Below, in pieces: positions 16,144 to 23,361 of a stretch of DNA of 24,000 nt. The notes beneath the pieces were generated by a model. That model ran no database searches. It worked only from the letters and a program-made list of their open reading frames with translations, and was not told the DNA's origin. Where the stretch lies: positions 277,963 through 301,962 of the forward strand of contig CAVQBA010000005.1 of assembly GCA_963710605.1 (NCBI GenBank), read 5' to 3'. The stretch is from an uncultured cyanobacterium. GTDB lineage: Bacteria > Cyanobacteriota > Cyanobacteriia > Cyanobacteriales > Cyanobacteriaceae. A program made the position numbers and the translations under genes. Every line of letters begins with the position of its first letter. The first letter of the stretch is position 1.

Positions 16144-16848
16144 ATGAGAAGTAGAAGACAAAGAAAGAACAATAATCCTCGTCCAAATTTGGATTCTTTT
16201 TTAGATATTCTCACCAATACAGTCGGCGTATTAATGTTTATCGGGCTATTTGTAAGTCTGTTAGCAGTAGAGGCTGGTACAATTATTCGGACTCCATTAG
16301 TTTCAGGTACAAGAAAATCACCTAAATTTTTTGAAGTGAGAGACAATGCTATTTTTTATTTAAGTGATCCTCAATTAGAAAGTAGAATAGAAGAGACTAT
16401 CGTTACTCTACCTAATTGTAATCCGCCTAATCTTCCTGCTGATAATATTCCCAGTAACTTATACAATTTCTATCGTCAAGAGCAATTACAATACGAACGA
16501 TGTGTTAATAATCGTAATCTTCGCTTACAAAACTTTTATTACGATAATGGCGATTATATAGTTACTTTTACCGATCGAGGTTCTTTGAAGTATGAACCTA
16601 ATGTATCAGCTCAAGGAGAAACAGTTCAAGATTTGCGTGATAACAATTCTCAATTTAATCAAATTCTGGAACAATCTGATCCTAGTCTAAATTATGTTGC
16701 ATTTATTGTCAGACCAGATAGTTTTGCAACTTTTAGAGCGGCTCGACAAAAAGCTTGGAATTCTGGTTATGAGATAGGTTGGGAGCCTTTTGCAGACGAT
16801 CGTGTTTTGGTTTTTGGTTCTGGTGGTAGAGCTGTCGGCGTACAATAA
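16144..16848 (+). CDS. ExbD/TolR-like single-pass membrane protein (paralogue 2; TM Asp retained)
   Basis: The basic N-terminus MRSRRQRKNNNPRP is followed by NLDSFLDILTNTVGVLMFIGLFV, with D at the position of the ExbD/TolR/MotB protonatable Asp. The C-terminal YVAFIVRPDSFATFRAARQKAWNSGYEIGWEP is paralogous to the preceding gene. Confidence 0.6.
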   Translation: MRSRRQRKNNNPRPNLDSFLDILTNTVGVLMFIGLFVSLLAVEAGTIIRTPLVSGTRKSPKFFEVRDNAIFYLSDPQLESRIEETIVTLPNCNPPNLPADNIPSNLYNFYRQEQLQYERCVNNRNLRLQNFYYDNGDYIVTFTDRGSLKYEPNVSAQGETVQDLRDNNSQFNQILEQSDPSLNYVAFIVRPDSFATFRAARQKAWNSGYEIGWEPFADDRVLVFGSGGRAVGVQ

Positions 16849-17124
16849 TAATTAATCCTTATTTAGGGTTGATTGTAGAATTACCACCTATATAACTATC
16901 ATTTAAATGAAAAAAATAGATAAGCAGGAGTAGAGACAACACTAGTAAATAAAGATTTAAAGCTAACAAAAAATAATTGTTGAAAAAATTTTTTAAATCG
17001 AAGAAAAGCGACTATAAACTCAAGTACGATCGCTTTGGATAAATCAATGAGCAAGTTCTCAATTCTTCACTTTATAAACAAAAAAAATTAAGTTTTAAAA
17101 TCGCATTATAGTAAAATCAAGTTG

Positions 17125-17979
17125 TTATGCACTCATTCTTTCCACGATAAAAGGCATCGCTAAACGATAAATTATCCAAGCCACAAATAAACCCAATATT
17201 GCCAACACACTAGCAATCCAAAAACCGATCGGATTAGATACAATACCCGTTGTTGCTAATTCTCGTGTCGTTACTAATAGTGGTGTAACGGGGTTTAATT
17301 GGACAATTATGCTAAATATACCTTCTTTCGGTATAGGGTAAATTACAGGAGTTAAAAATAACCAGATACTGACAATTAAAGTCATTCCCTTTGTGATATC
17401 TTGATATAATGCGCCTAATGGAGATAAAAGTAAACCCAAGCAAGTACCCAAAGCCACTAAATGAAGTAAAGCCACGGGTGCAATAATAATCGTCCAGGGT
17501 ATCGGAATTTGAAACCAGATAAATAAGCAGACAATCAAAATTAGTTTGATGGCAAAATTAAATCCAACTTGTCCTAACTGTGCTAATATCAAAGCCTCTC
17601 GAGGAAAGTCTATTTTCGCTAACATAGATTTAGCCCTTGTAACGGCTTGAATCGGTCCATTGAGGGCTTCTACAAAAGTTTGCCAAAGAGTCATACTAAA
17701 CATAACATAGGCAGGATATGGTAAGTCAGTAGCTTCAATATTAAACACCTTAGCATTATTGGCTAAAGTCAAGCCTACTGCGGTAACAATAGGTGGAACG
17801 AATGCCCAGAATAGTCCCAAAAAAGATTGACGATATTGAGCTTTAATATCTCTGAGTAATAATTGCCATGCTAATCCTCGAGCGGCAAGTAAATCGTACC
17901 ACATCTGTTTGACTAACTTAACTGGTTCTTTAATACGACTTTCAGATGTATAGCGAGTTATTTTGTTCGATTTTGACAT
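17125..17979 (-). CDS. ABC-2 type polysaccharide/O-antigen exporter permease (Wzm/KpsM/TagG-like)
   Basis: 284 aa with about six hydrophobic spans. The N-terminal LAWQLLLRDIKAQYRQSFLGLFWAFVPPI is the canonical ABC-2 permease motif. Confidence 0.85.
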   Translation of the reverse strand: MSKSNKITRYTSESRIKEPVKLVKQMWYDLLAARGLAWQLLLRDIKAQYRQSFLGLFWAFVPPIVTAVGLTLANNAKVFNIEATDLPYPAYVMFSMTLWQTFVEALNGPIQAVTRAKSMLAKIDFPREALILAQLGQVGFNFAIKLILIVCLFIWFQIPIPWTIIIAPVALLHLVALGTCLGLLLSPLGALYQDITKGMTLIVSIWLFLTPVIYPIPKEGIFSIIVQLNPVTPLLVTTRELATTGIVSNPIGFWIASVLAILGLFVAWIIYRLAMPFIVERMSA

Positions 17980-18092
17980 TCATTATCTCTCAACGAGCTT
18001 TTTTCAATTGATTAAAATTAACTAGAATGGACGATTCGAAAATCAAATTTTAGATCTAATTAAAACATGGTATCGCATAATTGAAATTAAAT

Positions 18093-19133
18093 TTACATTT
18101 GTGAGGATCGACTATCCCACCAATCCAAGGCTTTAGCAAAACGTATTCCAAAAGAGGTAGGGGAGTAATTTTGTTCGTACCATTGACGACGATCGAGTTG
18201 TGAAGTCTCATCTTCAGGTGTTTGTAAATGTTTTAGAATAGCTTTAGTAAATGCAGAAATATCGCCTAGGGCAAATGTTTTCCCGTATTCTCCTAGAAGT
18301 TCGGGTACGCCACAAATCCCAAAAGCAAGACAGGGTTTTCCTAATGCTAGAGCTTCCATCAGAACTTTTGGCATTGGATCGTCTCTACTGGTTAAAATAA
18401 ATAAATCAGCTTTCGCCATGATCGAGGCTGGATTTTCTAATGCTCCTGTGAAGGTAACGTAATTTTCAAGTCCGTGCTTTTGAAGTTGCTCGGCGATCGC
18501 ACCTTCACAATATTCTTCTTCTCCAAACTTACCAATCCAGACAAATTTTACTTGAGGATTTTGCCTAATTACCTTTTCGGCAATTTGTAAAAAGTAATCT
18601 GTTCCTTTTTTCTTACTTACTAAACCACAAGCTACTACTAAATTTTCTTCTTTATCTAAGGGTAAGCTATATTTAAGCAATGGAGAAGAATTAGAAATAT
18701 TATTTAAAACATAAATATTTTGAGCATTGATGTGATAAGTATCTTGTAACATTTTTGCTCCGTATTTACATACGTGAAAATGGATTATGTTGGGGTTACT
18801 TAATAATCGATCGACTACAGGATAAATCGCTGGTTGTCGTTCGATCGCTTTTTGTATTCCCCATTCGGTTTCGTGCCAATATATTGCTGTTTGTTTTTTA
18901 AGTAATTGTGACAAAAGATAAAATCTGTAGCCACGATAATTAACTAAACAAGGGATACCATCAAAAATAATCCTTTTTGCTTTAATAATTTGTAAAATTT
19001 TCGTTTTTTCTTGAGTCCAAAAGATTTTTAAATCAATGGCTCGATTCCGACACTCTTGTTGAGAAAACCAAAAAGAGTCTAAAGGTTTTCCGCCTCCTTG
19101 TTGATGATGAGAAAAAATAGTTACGGATTTCAT
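18093..19133 (-). CDS. Glycosyltransferase, GT-B fold family 1/4
   Basis: 346 aa. PKVLMEALALGKPCLAFGICGVPELL fits the E-x7-E region of GT4 enzymes, and the central pattern GLVSKKKGTDYF...VKFVWIGK is also present. Confidence 0.8.
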   Translation of the reverse strand: MKSVTIFSHHQQGGGKPLDSFWFSQQECRNRAIDLKIFWTQEKTKILQIIKAKRIIFDGIPCLVNYRGYRFYLLSQLLKKQTAIYWHETEWGIQKAIERQPAIYPVVDRLLSNPNIIHFHVCKYGAKMLQDTYHINAQNIYVLNNISNSSPLLKYSLPLDKEENLVVACGLVSKKKGTDYFLQIAEKVIRQNPQVKFVWIGKFGEEEYCEGAIAEQLQKHGLENYVTFTGALENPASIMAKADLFILTSRDDPMPKVLMEALALGKPCLAFGICGVPELLGEYGKTFALGDISAFTKAILKHLQTPEDETSQLDRRQWYEQNYSPTSFGIRFAKALDWWDSRSSQM

Positions 19134-19151
19134 CAGAAGTTTTTATTTTAT

Positions 19152-19440
19152 TTACGATCTATAAATTTGTTTGAAACCTTTAAGCGAATTTTTACTATTA
19201 TGATTACGATTGCCCATTTTTTCAAGTTTGGTTTCGGCAAATTCTAAAATAGCTTTAGCTCGACTATCCCAAGTATATTTATCCACTTCTGTATTAGCGA
19301 GACTTAGACAAAAATTATGCGGCAAAACCGACTTGGTTTTTATAATCGTAATTTTTCATAGCTTCTGTTTCTTCCTATTTAATAAATACCTTAATCAAGT
19401 TGGCTTCTCTAGATTGATAATAGAATAACAAAAGTGACTC
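19152..19440 (-). pseudogene. Remnant of the C-terminal end of a second GT1/GT4 glycosyltransferase (in-frame TAG plus a frameshift)
   Basis: On the minus strand the reading is ...REANLIKVFIK*EETEAMKNYDYKNQVGFAA*. After a +1 shift it continues HNFCLSLANTEVDKYTWDSRAKAILEFAETKLEKM...*. The pattern (..L...I..l..d.e....m..na......ysW...a..i...) is the usual GT4 C-terminus. No N-terminal part is present. Confidence 0.6.
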
Positions 19441-19468
19441 TAGACTGAGACACTGTAGCCATCGATAT

Positions 19469-20143
19469 TTAATCTTTAACTAACTCTATTCCCGTTTCTT
19501 TGGCTAGATTTGGTTCGCAGGTTTTAACGGGCAATCCTTGTTGTTTGAGATAAGATATTGCGTGGTCGATCGCTTTTGTAATATTCATAGCCACCACTAT
19601 TTAAAGAAATACCCGCTATGATTACTTCTGACGCACCACGATAAAATGCCAAACAAACAGCAAATAAACCTGTAGATATTTTTTTGTCACCACCTCTTTG
19701 TCCTAAGTTTTCTCCTGTAACAGCATGAATAATTTTAGCTCTTTGTTGATGTTCGTTTTTACTTTTTCTTATCGGTAATTTAGTTGTGCCAATCTTTCTT
19801 TAGCCGAGACAAAATTTACACCACGCTCGATTCAAACTAATTCAGTTGTCTTAAGATTTCTAATACTTTCTCTAGTCGTAATTTTAACTGGGTCGGTTGT
19901 TTCTTGTGCCATATAACCGCTCATAATTGTGATTTTGGGAGTCTGTTGTAATTTTAACTTTGAGGCACAATATCCTGAAGCATTTACGCACACTAAATCT
20001 GCATTCTTTAATTTATCTTCTGCTATGGTGGGATTAGAAGCAGAACCAAGAACAAGAAAAGTTTTTTTTGATTTGTTAGGTAAAATATTTAATTTTTTAT
20101 TTGTTTTTGTAAAAATGTATTTAAGTTGCTCGACAGTGTACAT
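19469..20143 (-). pseudogene. Decayed Cst-like (GT42-like motif layout) glycosyltransferase gene, with at least three lesions
   Basis: The first fragment is 103 aa and contains KTFLVLGSASNP...DLVCVNASGY. It ends at an in-frame TGA (19832-19834) and continues IERGVNFVSAKERLAQLNYR*. A different frame then gives ...ISTGLFAVCLAFYRGASEVIIAGISLNSGGYEYY, and a third frame gives ...AIDHAISYLKQQGLPVKTCEPNLAKETGIELVKD* with its stop at 19469-19471. From memory, the motif order resembles Campylobacter Cst-II (AGNGPS...DVFRCNQFY...TSG...GYKEIYLSGIDFY). Confidence 0.65.
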
Positions 20144-20164
20144 ATTTAGTTAAAGTATCAGAGT

Positions 20165-21133
20165 TTATAATTTAGTCTTTAACGGCGATTGCGATTCGGA
20201 AACTAATGCTAAAATTTCGTCAACAGATAATTTACTTGATGCAATCGAATCCATTATATCTGGTCTCACATGACCTAACTTAACCTTAGATTCAATTAGT
20301 TCTGTCGCGACCAACCCTTTTTCGACACATTCTTTGAGTAAAGAGAAAAATAAACGTTCTTGTTGAATATCAGGATGTTGTTGATAAGTTGGACGTTTTT
20401 GACCGAGTAAACTGTATTGTAAAAAATTAGTTACCGAATCTCGCCATGTTTTTTTGTAGTTACCTAAATTTTCTCGCTGATAAGCTAATCCCGTTTTCCA
20501 AGGTTGGGTTAGTTGTTTGGTGTTGTGTAATAGCTTTGTTTCGCTGTTGAGTTTATCTCTGTGATTCCACTCGTTTTCCAAAGTTCCAATTATCTCTCTT
20601 GATTCTGTTTGTAATGAAATCCAGTGTTGTAAATCGATTTCACGAGCAAACAATCGATTGATCGTTTCTTCCCATTTCCAGTGACCTAGTTCACTGCAAT
20701 CAAGAAGCATTACGCTAGTATCAAATCCTCTTTTGCTGGGTTTAACTGGTTTTGAAGTTGGACGAGAGATTTTGGGACAAGAAAAGATAGCTTTGCCTTC
20801 CATATCTCGTGACAGCAACTCGTAAATATCGGAAACAGCGAAAATATCGGGATCGATCAAAATAGCTCTACCTTGATAGCCCATAAGTTGAGGTACGAGA
20901 AAACGTAAAGGAAAAAAAGACTGAGGCACATCTTTGTACCATGCTGATTCTATCTGATTTCTAAGACAAGATTGACCATCATAATTCATCAAATAGGGAT
21001 AGTCTTCTAAGTTAATTAACTTAACGTTAAATTTATCGGCATTTTGAGACATTCTCTTCAGAGAATACATTGCCACTGTAGCAGGAATTATTTCACGATC
21101 GTTACTATGAACAAATACAGTTGGTTTAATCAT
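20165..21133 (-). CDS. Glycosyltransferase, GT8-like (GT-A fold)
   Basis: 322 aa. The N-terminus is VFVHSNDREIIPATVAMYSL. The DxD-type motif is AILIDPDIFAVSDIYELL, followed by SVMLLDC and then LLHNTKQLTQPWK, which resembles the GT8 H...KPW motif. Confidence 0.55.
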   Translation of the reverse strand: MIKPTVFVHSNDREIIPATVAMYSLKRMSQNADKFNVKLINLEDYPYLMNYDGQSCLRNQIESAWYKDVPQSFFPLRFLVPQLMGYQGRAILIDPDIFAVSDIYELLSRDMEGKAIFSCPKISRPTSKPVKPSKRGFDTSVMLLDCSELGHWKWEETINRLFAREIDLQHWISLQTESREIIGTLENEWNHRDKLNSETKLLHNTKQLTQPWKTGLAYQRENLGNYKKTWRDSVTNFLQYSLLGQKRPTYQQHPDIQQERLFFSLLKECVEKGLVATELIESKVKLGHVRPDIMDSIASSKLSVDEILALVSESQSPLKTKL

Positions 21134-21182
21134 TAGCTTTAATTTTTTTAATAACTAAAAATAGGTTTATTTTGCCAGAAAC

Positions 21183-22463
21183 TTAATTAGACTGTTGGCT
21201 ATGAACTAAACTCCACAATCGTGGTTGATAAAACAAAGAGCGATTCATAGCTATTCCTTCTTCGACTATAAAAAAGAAGTTTTCGACAATATCAAGGTGT
21301 AAAATTAAATTTTGCTTAACAATAATCTTCATATAATACAAACCAGGTTTTAAACAAAGATAAGGAAATTCTAACTTAATTGTATTTTCACCTGGCATAA
21401 CTTTCATCATTTTTTGGTCTAAAATACTATCTAAACTTAAGATGATATCGTTTTCTCCGCTTCTTTCTTTGATTAATACATAAACAGTCACTTGCTCTAA
21501 TAAGTGGTGAGCGTAACAGCCTATTGATAGAAAAATTTGTTTGCCTGATGTTAGTTTTGTCAGTATATTATTTTCTAAGTCACAAAAGTTTAAAGAAACA
21601 ATATCTAAACCTAAACTTTCATCTTTATTTTTTTTCGTAGTTTTCCAAACAGTGTTTTTTATCTGAGCGTCTCCAATCAGCATATCTTTTTCGTATTGGC
21701 TGATAACTGTTTCTACATTGCCACTAGAAATAACCTTACCTTTGGATAAATACACGGCTGATAAACAAACGGTAAATAAAGCTTGGGAATTATGAGAGAC
21801 GAGAACAAAAGAAGTTCCTCTTTCTCGCAAATCACTTAGTTTTTTGTAGCATTTTTTCCTAAATTTAAAGTCTCCCACCGCTAAAACTTCATCAATCAAG
21901 AGTATTTCTGGTTCGGTATGAATTGCACAAGCAAATCCCAACCGTGCTTGCATTCCCGAACTATAAGTCTGTACGGGAGCGTCAATAGCTTCATCTATCT
22001 CAGCAAATTCAACAACTTCATCAAAACGATCGTTTATTTCTACTTTTGATAAACCCAAAATCGACATATTAGCATAAAGATTTTCTCTTCCCGTAAGAAT
22101 CGGGTTAAAACCTGCACTTAAAGCAATCAATGGTGCAATTCGCCCACGAACATTGACAACTCCCGTATCGGGTTTAATCAAACCACTAATAATTCTGAGT
22201 AAAGTAGTTTTTCCTGCACCATTTGCTCCAACTAAACCTAAAGCTTCACCTTTTTTCAACTCGAAATCAATGTCTTGTAATGCCCAAAATTCTTGAGGGC
22301 GTAAGATATTATTTTTTGAACGTACCCCTGTTAACTCTTTAGCAATATCTTGAACTCCGTAATAAAGAGATTTTTTTAAATCACGGCAGAATTTTTTGGA
22401 GACACCTTTTACCGATAGGACAATATTTTCGTTTTTGGTTGAATTTACCACAACTGATTCCAT
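21183..22463 (-). CDS. Polysaccharide/O-antigen ABC exporter ATP-binding protein (Wzt/TagH/KpsT-like) with extra C-terminal domain
   Basis: Walker A is GANGAGKTT, the signature is YSSGMQARLGFA, and Walker B is ILLIDEVLAVGD, which is typical of this subfamily. About 170 additional C-terminal residues are consistent with a Wzt-type carbohydrate-binding domain. Confidence 0.85.
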   Translation of the reverse strand: MESVVVNSTKNENIVLSVKGVSKKFCRDLKKSLYYGVQDIAKELTGVRSKNNILRPQEFWALQDIDFELKKGEALGLVGANGAGKTTLLRIISGLIKPDTGVVNVRGRIAPLIALSAGFNPILTGRENLYANMSILGLSKVEINDRFDEVVEFAEIDEAIDAPVQTYSSGMQARLGFACAIHTEPEILLIDEVLAVGDFKFRKKCYKKLSDLRERGTSFVLVSHNSQALFTVCLSAVYLSKGKVISSGNVETVISQYEKDMLIGDAQIKNTVWKTTKKNKDESLGLDIVSLNFCDLENNILTKLTSGKQIFLSIGCYAHHLLEQVTVYVLIKERSGENDIILSLDSILDQKMMKVMPGENTIKLEFPYLCLKPGLYYMKIIVKQNLILHLDIVENFFFIVEEGIAMNRSLFYQPRLWSLVHSQQSN

Positions 22464-22874
22464 TAAAATCTTAATCTACATTATATTAACTTTCTTTTTT
22501 TTGTTTAACTGTAATTATGATTCCGTTACCGAAAATAAGTCTTTTAGTTGTCTGGAGGCTTAAAATGCGATTCGATTCGATTACTTTTATCGTTTTTTTA
22601 TTAATTAGGGTCTGCTGAATTAATCCAAACTATATATTTGTCAAAGATTTACACTGCCTTTACTTCCAGGTAAGTGAGGTTCCAATAATGTCCATAATCT
22701 ATCTGAAATATCATGTCGTCGATGCGCTGTTATTGCTACTCCTTAAACTCAATATAAGTTAAATATAGCAAAATAATTATAGTTTGACGACACTATCTAA
22801 TAAAAAACTAAAAGCGAAAATTAATGATTAATTGAATTGATTGAGTCTTTTTCCTCTTTTTCTGGTTTTGGCAA

Positions 22875-22903
22875 TTGACAGTATCCATAAATAGTAGTAA
22901 GAT
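22875..22903 (+). promoter_or_regulatory. Candidate sigma70-type promoter TTGACA-17 nt-TAAGAT
   Basis: TTGACA lies at 22875-22880, the 17-nt spacer is gtatccataaatagtag, and TAAGAT lies at 22898-22903, with T1, A2 and T6 conserved. The predicted start is near 22910. Caveat: TTGACA is also part of a dispersed AATTGACA motif in this genome. Confidence 0.35.
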
Positions 22904-23045
22904 GTGTTAGTATCGTAACCAGTAGTGTAGGCAATATAAAACAAAAAGTAAGTACCTTAAAAACTTTAATAGTGAAAGTATAGGGTTGTTGGCTCGAAAA
23001 ACCTAGTCAACGTAAAACTTTTAAGGAAATATAGTAACTAATATA

Positions 23046-23247
23046 CTAGCCGTCACCGCAGACGGTAGCACAGATAAGGGACTGTGTTTAAACTGCTTGT
23101 GGACTCGTTAGATACGGGGGCATTCATTATTAGCAATAACGATGTCTAGTTAAGAGGGGAACTTGAAAGAAGCAAGAATCGCCCATTACAATCTTTGCCG
23201 AGGATGCGACAGCAGACTCATTAATGGGTGAGTGTCAATTTTTTTAC
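23046..23247 (+). ncRNA. Candidate structured RNA (sRNA or 5' leader/attenuator) in an otherwise AT-rich 0.9-kb gap
   Basis: The segment is visibly more GC-rich than its flanks and has no ORF on either strand. Structural elements seen:
- Hairpin ctagccgtc-accgca-gacggtag at 23046-23068.
- Hairpin cacag-ataaggga-ctgtg at 23070-23087.
- Long-range pairing of gcccatta (23181-88) with taatgggt (23222-29).
- A T7 run at 23239-23245.
I do not recognise a known RNA family, and the strand is inferred from the promoter and the T run only. Confidence 0.3.
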
Positions 23248-23361
23248 ATAATAATTCTAAAGTCCGTCCTACTGTTAACCAAGCAAACAAGAATGTAAGT
23301 TACAAATCAATAAGATTTACCTTTAACATGTTGTCAGAAAGCCAAAAACATAGTTGATTTT

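Noticed and set aside
14030-16848. Calling the ExbB-like/ExbD-like trio a Zorya system.
   Set aside because: There is no ZorB-type OmpA/peptidoglycan-binding domain and no ZorC, ZorD or ZorE-like effector genes. A similar three-gene Exb-like cluster is, as far as I recall, conserved in model cyanobacteria. Only the tail-bearing stator architecture is analogous.
22517-22615. A 32-codon hydrophobic mini-ORF (MIPLPKISLLVVWRLKMRFDSITFIVFLLIRVC) in the large spacer.
   Set aside because: It has no Shine-Dalgarno-like sequence and no recognisable family. Its composition is what is expected from T-rich non-coding DNA, and it cannot be supported from sequence alone.
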